A model generated the notes under the pieces. It was given only the letters and a program-made list of their open reading frames with translations. It made no database searches and had not been told where the DNA came from. Positions 33,160 to 42,366 of a DNA stretch of 64,000 nt are shown here, in pieces. This DNA is from Burkholderiales bacterium (lineage in GTDB: Bacteria; Pseudomonadota; Gammaproteobacteria; Burkholderiales; JACQAP01): assembly GCA_045810225.1 (NCBI GenBank), contig JBJMWI010000143.1, forward strand, positions 12,951 to 76,950. The letters run 5' to 3'. Every line of letters starts with the position of its first letter. The stretch's first letter is position 1. A program made the translations under genes and the position numbers.

Positions 33160-35313
33160 ATGGAAAAGTCATTCAAGAAAGAGATCGGGCTACTGAGCCT
33201 TGGCGCGGGACAGACCTTCCACGGCGAAGGCATTCTTGCGATCACCAAGGCCTTGCTGCAATCTGGCGTGGCCTATGTAGGTGGCTATCAGGGTGCGCCG
33301 GTGTCCCACCTGATTGATGTCATGGTGCAGGCGCGGGACTATCTCGATACGCTGGGCGTGCATGTCGAAGCATGTTCCAATGAGGCGTCCGCCGCCGCCA
33401 TGCTCGGCGCGTCGATCCATTACCCGTTGCGTGGTGCCGTGACCTGGAAGTCGATCGTGGGTACCAATGTCGCCGCCGATGCCTTGTCCAACTTGTCTTC
33501 GCCCGGCGTCATCGGCGGCGCGCTAATTGTGGTTGGCGAAGATTATGGAGAGGGTGCCAGCGTAATACAGGAGCGGACACACGCCTACGCGCTGAAGTCC
33601 TCGATGCTGATGCTGGACCCGCGCCCCGAATTATCCAACATGGTGCGCATGGTCGAACACGGATTCCGGCTTTCGGAGTGTTCCAACATGCCGGCACTGA
33701 TGGAGCTGCGCATCCGAGCCTGTCACGTGCGCGGCAGTTTCGTATGCAAGGACAATATCGCCCCGGCCATCTCGACACGTCATCTCATGGAGCAGCCGGC
33801 GGCATTTGACTATGCGCGGCTCGCCCACCCGCCTGTAACATTCCGCCATGAGAAGCTGAAGGTCGATGAGCGTATTCCGGCCGCGCGCTGGTACATCGCT
33901 GAAAAGCAGCTGAACGAACTCATGCCCGGCGAACACGGCGAAGTCGGCCTTATCGTGCAAGGCGGGCTCTATAACTCGCTGATCCGTGCGCTGCAGCAGT
34001 TCGGCCTTGCCGACGCTTTCGGTGTCTCTGCCATTCCCATTCTGGTGCTGAACGTTACTTTTCCCCTCGTACCGGAAGAAATTTCCCGGTTCTGTATGGG
34101 AAAGCGCGCCGTGTTAATTATGGAAGAAGGCACTCCCGAATATATCGAACAAGAAATAGCAGTATCGCTGCGCCGGCTTGAGGTCAGGACCCCGGTGCAC
34201 GGCAAGGACATGTTGACGGCCGCCGGCGAGTACACGATCGAAGTCATTGCGCAGGGTATCGAGAAATTCGTCGATGCCTATCTGCCTGAAGCTGCTGATC
34301 AAGGCGGTAAACAATGGTTGCGTGGCAATGCGAGCCGTCGGGCCGACATTGCGCGCCAAATTTCGGCGCCATTGCCAGCGCGTCCGCCGCAATTCTGCGT
34401 CGGCTGCCCCGAGCGGCCGGTATTCGCCGCGTTGAAACTGTCTCAGCGCGATGTGGGCCCAACGCACATTGCGGGCGACATCGGCTGCCATTCTTTCGCG
34501 ACATTCGAGCCGTTCTCGTTTGGCCATTCCATTTTGGGCTACGGCATGAGCCTCGCCAGTCGTGCAGGAGTCTCACCCATGATGAAGCGGCGCGTGCTTT
34601 CGGTCATGGGCGATGGGGGCTTCTGGCACAACGGTCTGTTAACCGGAGTGCAGTCTGCGTTGTTCAATGGCGATGACGCCGTGCTGGTCATCTTCAAGAA
34701 CGGCTATACCTCCGCGACCGGCACGCAGGAATTGATTTCCACGCCGGACGCAGAAGACAAGGTCGCTGCGGCTGACAAACAACAGAGCCTCGTCCATCAC
34801 AATCTTACGATTGAAAAGACGCTGACAGGAATGGGTGTGAAGTGGATGCGCACCGTGCATACCTATCATGTCGAAAAAATGCGCAAGACGTTCGATGAAG
34901 CCTTTACGACCGACTTCAACGGACTCAAGATCATCATTGCCGAGGGCGAATGCCAGCTCGAACGCCAGCGGCGTATCCGGCCCTGGATCGCGGGGTTGCT
35001 AAAGGCGGGCAAACGCGTGGTGCGGGTGAAGTACGGCGTCGACGAGGATGTGTGTACCGGTGACCACGCCTGCATCCGCCTGTCGGGATGTCCCACACTG
35101 ACGCTGAAAGACAGCAGTGATCCGCTCAGGGTCGATCCCGTTGCGACGGTCATCGACGGTTGCGTGGGTTGCGGGCTGTGCGGCGAAAACGCGCATGCTG
35201 CGACCTTATGTCCGTCCTTCTACCGCGCTGAAATCATCCGCAATCCACGCGTGCATGAGCGTGTGGTAGCGGGCTTGCGCAACGCCGTGCTGCGGTGGGT
35301 ACAGCCGGCATGA
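33160..35313 (+). CDS. iorA: Indolepyruvate:ferredoxin oxidoreductase alpha subunit (split type)
   Basis: GEGILAITKALLQSGV..GGYQGAP, NEASAA, FCVGCPERP, GDIGCH, GDGGFWHNG, CTGDHACIRLSGCP, CVGCGLC. Confidence 0.88.
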   Translation: MEKSFKKEIGLLSLGAGQTFHGEGILAITKALLQSGVAYVGGYQGAPVSHLIDVMVQARDYLDTLGVHVEACSNEASAAAMLGASIHYPLRGAVTWKSIVGTNVAADALSNLSSPGVIGGALIVVGEDYGEGASVIQERTHAYALKSSMLMLDPRPELSNMVRMVEHGFRLSECSNMPALMELRIRACHVRGSFVCKDNIAPAISTRHLMEQPAAFDYARLAHPPVTFRHEKLKVDERIPAARWYIAEKQLNELMPGEHGEVGLIVQGGLYNSLIRALQQFGLADAFGVSAIPILVLNVTFPLVPEEISRFCMGKRAVLIMEEGTPEYIEQEIAVSLRRLEVRTPVHGKDMLTAAGEYTIEVIAQGIEKFVDAYLPEAADQGGKQWLRGNASRRADIARQISAPLPARPPQFCVGCPERPVFAALKLSQRDVGPTHIAGDIGCHSFATFEPFSFGHSILGYGMSLASRAGVSPMMKRRVLSVMGDGGFWHNGLLTGVQSALFNGDDAVLVIFKNGYTSATGTQELISTPDAEDKVAAADKQQSLVHHNLTIEKTLTGMGVKWMRTVHTYHVEKMRKTFDEAFTTDFNGLKIIIAEGECQLERQRRIRPWIAGLLKAGKRVVRVKYGVDEDVCTGDHACIRLSGCPTLTLKDSSDPLRVDPVATVIDGCVGCGLCGENAHAATLCPSFYRAEIIRNPRVHERVVAGLRNAVLRWVQPA

Positions 35314-36884
35314 AACAGGAACAACAGCGGCCAATCAGTTTGCTGATCTGCGCGCTTGGGGGAGAAGGTGGCGGGGTGCTGGCCGAGTGGCTGGTCGATA
35401 CCGCCACGAAGAGCGGCTATAGCGCGCAGAGCACATCAATACCCGGTGTCGCGCAACGCACCGGTTCGACGACGTATTACTTCGAAGTTTTTCCGGTCCC
35501 GATCGCGCAACTGGGCGGCCGCTTACCCGTGTTTAGCCTGTATCCGGTTCCTGGAGCCCTCGATGTACTGGTTTCTTCTGAGCTGCTGGAAACGGCGCGC
35601 CACGTCAGCAGCGGCATGGTTTCGCCGGAGCGCACACTGGTGGTCAGTTCCAGTTCGCGCACATTGACCACTGCAGAAAAACTGCAGCCAGGCGATGGAC
35701 GCGCATCCTCGGACGAATTGCTTAAAATTGTGCAGCAGTACAGCAAAAGGGCGCACGTATTTGACATGTCTTCGGTGGCCCAGAATGCGGGGACGGTATT
35801 GAGCGCAGTGCTGTTCGGTGCGATCGCCGGCAGCGGTGTGCTGCCTTTCTCTCGTGAAGCGTTCGAGCACACCATCCGGAGATCCAATACGGGCGTGGAA
35901 GCCAGCTTGCGCGGTTTCGCACGCGCATTTGAAATGGTCGAACAAAGCGGGAGCGCAAAGTCCGCGGTATCTTCGTTCGTTACCGCCGCCGCCGATTTGC
36001 CATTACACGTTGCACACGGCTTTCCAGTCCAGACGCACGCCATGCTGCGCACTGGTTATGCGCGTGTGCGTGATTATCAGGATGAGTCTTATGCAAGACT
36101 TTATGTTCAGCGACTGACGCGCATCCTGGAGGCAGAACGGGCGGGCGATCCGTCCGGCGAACGTCAATTCGCAATCACCAGCGAGACGGCTCGTTATCTG
36201 GCGCTATGGATGGCCTTCGACGACATCGTGCGGGTCGCCGAGCTGAAATGCCGGGCAAGCCGTTTTGCGAGGGTTCGCGCGGAGGTTAAGGCGGCGGACG
36301 GCGATCTGGTGCGTATCTACGATCATTTCAAGCCTGGAATTCCCGAGTTCGCGGCGCTTTTGCCTGCGCGTTTGGCGCGTGCGCTGAGCGCATGGGACAG
36401 AGGCCGGCAACAACGCGGCAAGACGCCTTTGGCTTTGCCACTGAAAGTTGGAGTGCATACAGTTTTCGGTTTCCTTTCGTTACGTCTACTGGCAAGTCTG
36501 AAAGGCATGCGCACGCGTGGCAGCCGGTTCGCACAGGAGCAGGCCATGATGGAACAATGGCTCGGCGCTGTGGAACGCCGGGCCCGTTCGCACTGGGAAT
36601 TGGGAAATGAGATTGCCCTGTGCGGTCGCTTAATCAAGGGTTATGGCAGCACCAACGAACGGGGCAAGGAAAATCTGTTGCATGTGCTCGAGAAGCTTGC
36701 GCCGGCTGGCAATGCGGACGGCCCCGCGCCGCGCCCGGAAGCGATCCGTGCTGCACGCTTGGCGGCATTGGCCGATGACGCGGGGCGCGAGCTGGACAAG
36801 ACGTTGATCGAGCAGGGCGTCGCGCCCAGGCCGGTGAAGGCGCAGCCGATCATGTGGGTACGGAAGCGGCGCGACACGGTCTGA
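35310..36884 (+). CDS. iorB: Indolepyruvate oxidoreductase beta subunit family protein
   Basis: ALGGEGGGVL, TSIPGVAQRTGST, LWMAFDDIVRVAELK, LIKGYGSTNERG; ATGA overlap with iorA. Confidence 0.85.
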   Translation: MKQEQQRPISLLICALGGEGGGVLAEWLVDTATKSGYSAQSTSIPGVAQRTGSTTYYFEVFPVPIAQLGGRLPVFSLYPVPGALDVLVSSELLETARHVSSGMVSPERTLVVSSSSRTLTTAEKLQPGDGRASSDELLKIVQQYSKRAHVFDMSSVAQNAGTVLSAVLFGAIAGSGVLPFSREAFEHTIRRSNTGVEASLRGFARAFEMVEQSGSAKSAVSSFVTAAADLPLHVAHGFPVQTHAMLRTGYARVRDYQDESYARLYVQRLTRILEAERAGDPSGERQFAITSETARYLALWMAFDDIVRVAELKCRASRFARVRAEVKAADGDLVRIYDHFKPGIPEFAALLPARLARALSAWDRGRQQRGKTPLALPLKVGVHTVFGFLSLRLLASLKGMRTRGSRFAQEQAMMEQWLGAVERRARSHWELGNEIALCGRLIKGYGSTNERGKENLLHVLEKLAPAGNADGPAPRPEAIRAARLAALADDAGRELDKTLIEQGVAPRPVKAQPIMWVRKRRDTV

Positions 36885-36985
36885 GGTCCTCTTGCGCACC
36901 CTCACATTGGCTACTATGCTGCGAGTGTAATCGGGTAGTTCAAAAAAGCCACCCTTACCATCAGGACTGTTTCGCGAGGAAAACA

Positions 36986-37414
36986 ATGAAAACAGTTCAG
37001 CAACTGCTGGAATCGAAGCGCCATAGTGTTATATCGGTTGCGCCGTCAAGTTCTGTACTGGATGCGCTGAAAGTAATGGCCGAAAAGGAAATCGGCGCGG
37101 TGGTCGTTGTCGACGGCGGACATCTGGTGGGCATATTTTCAGAACGTGATTACGCGCGCAAAGTGATTCTGCAGGGTAAGGCTTCGAAGGACACCTTGGT
37201 AAGGGAAATCATGACGGAAAAGGTGGTGTGCGTGCGTCCGGAACAGACCATCGAAGATTGCATGGGACTGATGACTGACAAGCGTATTCGTCACCTTCCC
37301 GTGCTCGAACACAAAAAAATTATCGGCGTCGTTTCGATCGGCGATGTAGTGAAGGAAATGCTGTACGAAAAAGAATTTGTCATCAAGCAGCTCGAAAGTT
37401 CCATTCATAATTAG
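36986..37414 (+). CDS. CBS domain-containing protein
   Basis: MKTVQQLL, GIFSERDYARKV, VREIMT, RIRHLPV, SIGDVVK; RBS GAGGA. Confidence 0.92.
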   Translation: MKTVQQLLESKRHSVISVAPSSSVLDALKVMAEKEIGAVVVVDGGHLVGIFSERDYARKVILQGKASKDTLVREIMTEKVVCVRPEQTIEDCMGLMTDKRIRHLPVLEHKKIIGVVSIGDVVKEMLYEKEFVIKQLESSIHN

Positions 37415-37466
37415 TCAACGCGGCTGCATCCAGACGTGGTTCTACCCTGAAGATCAGGGCATTCCT

Positions 37467-37721
37467 TTGGCGAACTTCCTCATCGGCGTCCTGATCGCAG
37501 CCATGCTCGCTCTGTCGGGCTGCAAGACGCAGGGCGCCTTGACTGCCGATTCGACCCACTGCCGCACGATGGACGTCGACGTGATCAAGAGTCGTTATTC
37601 GCGCGAAGGGTCCACCACGGTGTGGTGCGCAAAATGCAAGGATAAGCTGTACTTGTGTGTTTCCAACCCGCCGCGCGATCGCGTGGAATGTAAAGAAGCC
37701 GCGCCGGACGCCTGCTCTTGA
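37467..37721 (+). CDS. Small cysteine-rich putative lipoprotein (hypothetical)
   Basis: TTG start; hydrophobic h-region followed by lipobox LSGC; six further Cys in ~65 aa. Confidence 0.6.
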   Translation: MANFLIGVLIAAMLALSGCKTQGALTADSTHCRTMDVDVIKSRYSREGSTTVWCAKCKDKLYLCVSNPPRDRVECKEAAPDACS

Positions 37722-37734
37722 GCCGTTCCTGAAA

Positions 37735-37770
37735 ATGAACAGGGGCAGCTTCTTGGCTGCCCCTGTTCAT
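37735..37770. terminator. Perfect 15-bp inverted repeat between convergent genes (terminator-like or RNA-stabilising hairpin)
   Basis: ATGAACAGGGGCAGC-TTCTTG-GCTGCCCCTGTTCAT; no strong poly-T directly adjacent on the + strand. Confidence 0.65.
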
Positions 37771-37788
37771 CATCATGTTTGAATACGC

Positions 37789-38355
37789 TCAATCCTTGAC
37801 GGCCTCGATTTCAATGGTGATTTTGACCTCATCTCCCACTGCCGGTACATAGGTGCTAAGGCCGAAATCGCTGCGTTTAATGGTTGTCGTGGCGTTCGCA
37901 CCGCACATCGGTTTCTTGTTCATCGGATGCGGTCCGCAGTTGAACGCAGTTACCGCGAGGCTCGCAGGCTTCGTTACGCCCAGCATGGTCAGTTCCCCGT
38001 CTGCACCGCTCAATTTGTCGCCGTTGAACTTCAGTTTGGTGGCCTTGTAGGTCAGCGTCGGAAACTTGGCGACATTGAAGAACTCCTCGCTTTTCAGGTG
38101 CGTATCGCGCTTGGCATGGCCAGTATCGATGGAGCTTGCATCGATGGTGATGTCGATGCTGCCGCTCTTGGCCGCCTGATCGAGCATGACTTTGCCGCTG
38201 GTTGCGCCAAATCGGCCATGCATTGTTGAAAATCCAAGGTGGTTGATCTCAAAATTTGGGTAAGTATGAGCCGGGTCGACGGAGTACGAGTCAGCCGCCG
38301 CCGCAGGCAGCGCAAAAGCGCCGATTAAAAACCATGCTGCAGATTGCGTCTTCAA
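37789..38355 (-). CDS. YceI family periplasmic lipocalin-like protein
   Basis: Signal peptide, YSVDPAHT, HLGFSTMHGRF, SIDTG..KRDTHLKS..FF, IKRSDFG; TTG start after RBS GGAGA. Confidence 0.9.
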   Translation of the reverse strand: MKTQSAAWFLIGAFALPAAAADSYSVDPAHTYPNFEINHLGFSTMHGRFGATSGKVMLDQAAKSGSIDITIDASSIDTGHAKRDTHLKSEEFFNVAKFPTLTYKATKLKFNGDKLSGADGELTMLGVTKPASLAVTAFNCGPHPMNKKPMCGANATTTIKRSDFGLSTYVPAVGDEVKITIEIEAVKD

Positions 38356-38432
38356 ATCTTTTCTCCCAGGTTTGGTTGAACAAGGTGCTGCGATAAAACG
38401 TGCGCGATGGCTGCGCACGATCGTGCGTGACG

Positions 38433-38987
38433 CTATTTGTTGCCCGTGGTCACGATACGAAAATTCACTTGTACGTCGTCTGCCACGGTATCGGTGTCCG
38501 ACCACACCCCCTCACCGATCTTGAACTGCAGGCGTTTCAGGTTAAAGCGGCCTTCATACGTGATTGCGTTCCCGGCGCGTTTTACCGTGAAGGGCGCCAT
38601 GACATCCTGCCCGATGCCTTTGATAGAAAGTTTTCCGCGTGCCTCGTATTTATCCGGCCCGGTCTGCGATACCGCGCTGGACACGAATTTGGCCGTCGGG
38701 AACGCACTGGTGTTGAACCAGCCTTTCTTGCTGACTTCCGCGTCCGCTTCAGGACTGCCGGTATCGATACTGCCAAGATCGACGTCGATCTGCGCCTTGG
38801 CAGCGGCCAACTTCTTGGGATCGAAGTCTACTTTTGCAGTGAATTTCTTGAAACTGCCCTGCACCGGTACATTCATTTGTTTAGACACGAATGTGATCTG
38901 GCTCCTGGTGTAGTCCACCTCGGCGCCCTGCGCCGGGGCAGTGGCTGCAATCACTGCAAGCGAAAACAGAACAACGCGAAATTTCAT
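38433..38987 (-). CDS. YceI family protein (second paralog)
   Basis: Signal peptide, SQITFVSKQMNVPVQGSF, SIDTG, WFN...FPTAKF, KRLQFKIGEG.W. Confidence 0.9.
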   Translation of the reverse strand: MKFRVVLFSLAVIAATAPAQGAEVDYTRSQITFVSKQMNVPVQGSFKKFTAKVDFDPKKLAAAKAQIDVDLGSIDTGSPEADAEVSKKGWFNTSAFPTAKFVSSAVSQTGPDKYEARGKLSIKGIGQDVMAPFTVKRAGNAITYEGRFNLKRLQFKIGEGVWSDTDTVADDVQVNFRIVTTGNK

Positions 38988-38988
38988 C

Positions 38989-39543
38989 TCAAGTGCTCCG
39001 TTTCTTCAGAAAAGGCAGCATGCGCTGCAAGACTTCGTCACGATCCACCATATGGTGTTTGAGGGCCGCGGCGACGTGCAATATGACGACGCCGAGCATG
39101 ACCCAATTCAATGTCTCGTGCACTTGCTTGAGTTGCTCCGCCAGTTGCTTGTTCTTGGCCACCAGGTCTGGAAGCGGAAAATGTCCTAGGTAAACCACCT
39201 GGAAGCCGGACGCAGAGCTCATCAGCCATCCCGAGATTGGAATGGTCAGTGTTAGAACATACAGAAGGAAATGAGCTGTTGTTGCAGCCGTATGCTGCCA
39301 CGCCGGCATCGCTGCGGGCGGAGCGGGCGGCCGGTGGGACAGGCGCCAGACCATTCGGAACAGCACCAACAGAAAAATCGTGACTCCAATCCACTTGTGA
39401 TACGAGTACAGCTTCAGCTTGACCGGAGAAAGCTGGAGTTGCGTCATGTACTGACCCAGCAGGAAGGTGCTGAAGATGGCCGCCGCGATCAACCAGTGCA
39501 AAATGATCGCGACCCGGGTATACGTGGGCGAAGTCATTTGCAT
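38989..39543 (-). CDS. Cytochrome b561 (YceJ/CybB-like)
   Basis: Heme-ligand His residues in LHWLIA, YHKWIG, VHE and LHVAAALKHH; PISGW; LQRMLP. Confidence 0.9.
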   Translation of the reverse strand: MQMTSPTYTRVAIILHWLIAAAIFSTFLLGQYMTQLQLSPVKLKLYSYHKWIGVTIFLLVLFRMVWRLSHRPPAPPAAMPAWQHTAATTAHFLLYVLTLTIPISGWLMSSASGFQVVYLGHFPLPDLVAKNKQLAEQLKQVHETLNWVMLGVVILHVAAALKHHMVDRDEVLQRMLPFLKKRST

Positions 39544-39544
39544 G

Positions 39545-39997
39545 TCAGGCAGTGTTTGGTGCCGCCCGCGCATCCCGTAATGCATCTCGCAGCTTGTGCA
39601 AAAGCTTTGCCGTCTGCTCCAGCTCTCGCGGGGATAACGCGCAGAACGCTGATTTGAGGTGATCAGCGTGTGCCGGGAATGCGCGCTCGAATGTACGTAC
39701 CCCTTGCGGCGTAAGCATCACGAATACTTGCCTGCGATCGGCGTCGGTTGCGCGGCGCCGGATCAGCCCGCGGGCTTCCAGCCGGTCGAGCACGCCGGTC
39801 AGCGTGCCTTTGGTGATGAGCGTATTGGCGCCCAGCTCCTTGCATGTCATGCCAGGAGTATTGCCTAGCGTGGCAACGATATCGAATTGAGAGCCTGTCA
39901 GGCCAAGCTTGCGGACGTGCGTGCCAGAATATGATTCGAATGCCTGATAGCACTCGGCCAATGAACGCAAGGTTTTAAAGAACTGCTCCTTAGGCAT
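39545..39997 (-). CDS. MarR family transcriptional regulator
   Basis: GLTGSQFDIVATLGN, ITKGTLTGVLDRLEARGLIRR...DRR..FV.LT..G. Confidence 0.92.
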   Translation of the reverse strand: MPKEQFFKTLRSLAECYQAFESYSGTHVRKLGLTGSQFDIVATLGNTPGMTCKELGANTLITKGTLTGVLDRLEARGLIRRRATDADRRQVFVMLTPQGVRTFERAFPAHADHLKSAFCALSPRELEQTAKLLHKLRDALRDARAAPNTA

Positions 39998-40017
39998 ATC
40001 GCCGCTGTCCACCAATT

Positions 40018-40035
40018 TAGTTCTAATGCGAACTA
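40018..40035. promoter_or_regulatory. Putative MarR operator palindrome
   Basis: TAGTTC-TAATGC-GAACTA, 20 bp upstream of the marR ATG. Confidence 0.6.
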
Positions 40036-40149
40036 TTCTTGCGGTTGGCGCATGCGAAGTCAACGCCTTTCCTCCGGGCAGCCCGCTTGACGTGACTTCC
40101 CAACTCACCGCAAACTCGTCGCACGCTACGTTCCAACAGGAGTTGGCAA

Positions 40150-40890
40150 TTGTTCGGAGCCCTTATCATCGGCGATGAAATTTTGTCCGGCAAAAGACAG
40201 GACAAGCATTTCCCCAAGATCGTCGCGCTGCTGAAGGCGCGCGGACTCGGTCTATCATGGAGTATGAATCTACCCGATGATCCCGAAATCCTGACGCAAG
40301 TGCTGAGCAGCACGCTGGCGCGCGAGGATATCGTGTTTAGTTTCGGAGGCATTGGCGCCACGCCGGACGATCACACGCGTCAATGCGCCGCGAAAGCGGC
40401 AGGAGTCGAACTGCAACTGCATCCCGATGCCAAACGTGAGATAGAAGCGCGGTTTGGCGCCGAAGCGTATCCCAAACGCATACAGATGGGAGTATTTCCC
40501 GCGGGCAGCCGTATCATTCCGAATCCCTACAACCGTGTGCCGGGATTCAGCTATGCAAAGCACCACTTTTTGCCGGGCTTTCCGGAAATGGCATGGCCGA
40601 TGATGGAATGGGTGCTCGATACCGAGTATCCCCACCTGCATAGCGCCCAGCCGCCCGTGGATATGGCGATCATCGTCAAAGACGCAGGCGAGAGCCAGCT
40701 GATCGATCTGATGAACGACTGTATCGCGAGGTATCCCGAGCTGAAGCTGTTCAGCCTGCCGAGTTTTACCCCAGCGGGCCGACGCATCGAACTCGGCATC
40801 AAAGGCGAGGAAAAGCTGGCCGCTGAGGCGCTGGAGTTTATCAAGCAGGGTGTTGCTGCGCTGGGATTTGCCTGGGATTCCAGAAAATAA
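40150..40890 (+). CDS. CinA-like/COG1058 molybdopterin-binding-fold protein (probable pyrophosphatase)
   Basis: IIGDEILSGKRQD, FGGIGATPDDHT, FLPGFPEMA; no PncC domain. Confidence 0.85.
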   Translation: MFGALIIGDEILSGKRQDKHFPKIVALLKARGLGLSWSMNLPDDPEILTQVLSSTLAREDIVFSFGGIGATPDDHTRQCAAKAAGVELQLHPDAKREIEARFGAEAYPKRIQMGVFPAGSRIIPNPYNRVPGFSYAKHHFLPGFPEMAWPMMEWVLDTEYPHLHSAQPPVDMAIIVKDAGESQLIDLMNDCIARYPELKLFSLPSFTPAGRRIELGIKGEEKLAAEALEFIKQGVAALGFAWDSRK

Positions 40891-40922
40891 CGCCGTACCT
40901 GGCGGGTGATTTTGCTATTGTT

Positions 40923-40952
40923 TAACCCCATTTGATCGTGACGCGCGTTTAT
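40923..40952 (+). promoter_or_regulatory. Putative ECF-sigma-dependent promoter (TAACCCC-N16-CGTTTAT)
   Basis: The motif precedes RBS AAGGGG and GTG 40983; it resembles the SbrI-type consensus TAACCCG-N16-CGTCTCA as I recall it. Confidence 0.5.
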
Positions 40953-40982
40953 AACGGTGTTCTCATTGACAAGGGGCATGCC

Positions 40983-41723
40983 GTGAAACATCTTCCGCAA
41001 GTTCTGTTTTTGTTATTGCTGTTCAGTGGTCCCGCGATGCCAGCCGGCCGTCTGGCCGAGGTCGAAATCCAGTACCGCAGTGGCGCAGAAACGTTGCCGG
41101 TCTACGAAAGCAGCGGGCATTGGTTTGTGCCCGGCCGTCCTGGACATGAATACCAGGTCAACATCCGCAACTGCGGAACCGATGACTTGCTTGCCGTGGT
41201 ATCGGTCGACGGCATCAATGTTGTGACCGGGGAAACAGCGGCAGCCGGGCAAAGTGGTTACGTCATCCAAGCTGGAACTGCGCTATCCATCGCCGGTTGG
41301 CGCAAACGCCTGCAAAAAACCGCGGCCTTTTATTTCACCGATTTTGGCGATTCCTATGCCAGCCGGACCGGGCGTCCAGACAATGTCGGCGTCATTGGTG
41401 TCGCGCTATTCCGGCGGCGCGCACAACCGCTTGTCCATTTGCAACCACCCGAGGCGCGTGCCGAAGCCGGAGCTTCCAACGACAACGCGGCTCGACCGGC
41501 GCGCGCGCCGGAGAAAAAAATAGGAACGGGCCACGGCCGCAGCCAAGATGCTCCGGCGCGTTACGTTGAGTTCGAACGCGCATCAGATGTTCCGGCAGAA
41601 ATTATCGCCATCCATTACGACACTCACGCCAATCTGGTCGCGCGCGGCATAATCCGGGAAGACGGCAAATTGCCGTTGCCATTTCCCGGGAAATTTGTAG
41701 CCGATCCGCCGCCGAGGGGCTAA
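40983..41723 (+). CDS. Conserved hypothetical exported protein upstream of the ECF sigma factor
   Basis: Signal peptide; AVVSVDGINV.TG, GWRK, SYA.RTGRPDNVGVIGVA.F, IGTGHG, I.YD...L.ARGII. Confidence 0.75.
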   Translation: MKHLPQVLFLLLLFSGPAMPAGRLAEVEIQYRSGAETLPVYESSGHWFVPGRPGHEYQVNIRNCGTDDLLAVVSVDGINVVTGETAAAGQSGYVIQAGTALSIAGWRKRLQKTAAFYFTDFGDSYASRTGRPDNVGVIGVALFRRRAQPLVHLQPPEARAEAGASNDNAARPARAPEKKIGTGHGRSQDAPARYVEFERASDVPAEIIAIHYDTHANLVARGIIREDGKLPLPFPGKFVADPPPRG

Positions 41724-41766
41724 TGCCGTGCCAGGGAACCGAAGCGCATTCGGGGTGTCATGAACG

Positions 41767-42366
41767 ATGCTTCCCGCTAGACTGGCGGCCGTGAGCGGCG
41801 AAAACGTCTCCGACGAGCAGCTGATGTTGCGCTACCGCGATGGCGATGCCGAGGCGTTCGAGGCGTTATACGGTCGCCATCGCGCTCAGGTGTTTCGCTA
41901 CGTGTTGCGACAGGTCGGACTGCGCTCGGCCGCCGAAGAAGTATTCCAGGAAACCTGGATGAACATCATTGCTGCACGGTCGCGCTACCGGGTGCAGGCG
42001 CGCTTTGCGACTTTTCTGTACCACATCGCGCACAATTGCGTGGTCGATCACTTTCGTCGCAAAACGCCATTGCATCTGATTTCGCTCGACGACAATGCCG
42101 AAGAGGCGATCCAGGTCGCGGCCTCCGAGCGTGATCAGCCGGAACGCGCGGTAGCATCGCGGCAATTGTCGGCGAAACTACTGAATGCGCTTTCACTGCT
42201 GCCCCCGGAACAGCGTGAAGCGTTTTTATTGCATCAAGAAGGTGGTTTGACGCTGGAGGAAATCGCGACGATCACGAGTACTGGAAGGGAAACAGTCAAA
42301 AGTCGCTTGCGTTATGCGCTGGCGAAACTGCGCGAAGGAGTCGAGCATGAAGCCGACGTCGCCTGA
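41767..42366 (+). CDS. ECF RNA polymerase sigma factor (SbrI/PA2896-like)
   Basis: SDEQLMLRYRDGDAEAFEALY, AEEVFQETW, region 4 LPPEQREAFLL...LEEIA...ETVKSRLRYALAKLR; GTG 41791 is an alternative start. Confidence 0.92.
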   Translation: MLPARLAAVSGENVSDEQLMLRYRDGDAEAFEALYGRHRAQVFRYVLRQVGLRSAAEEVFQETWMNIIAARSRYRVQARFATFLYHIAHNCVVDHFRRKTPLHLISLDDNAEEAIQVAASERDQPERAVASRQLSAKLLNALSLLPPEQREAFLLHQEGGLTLEEIATITSTGRETVKSRLRYALAKLREGVEHEADVA

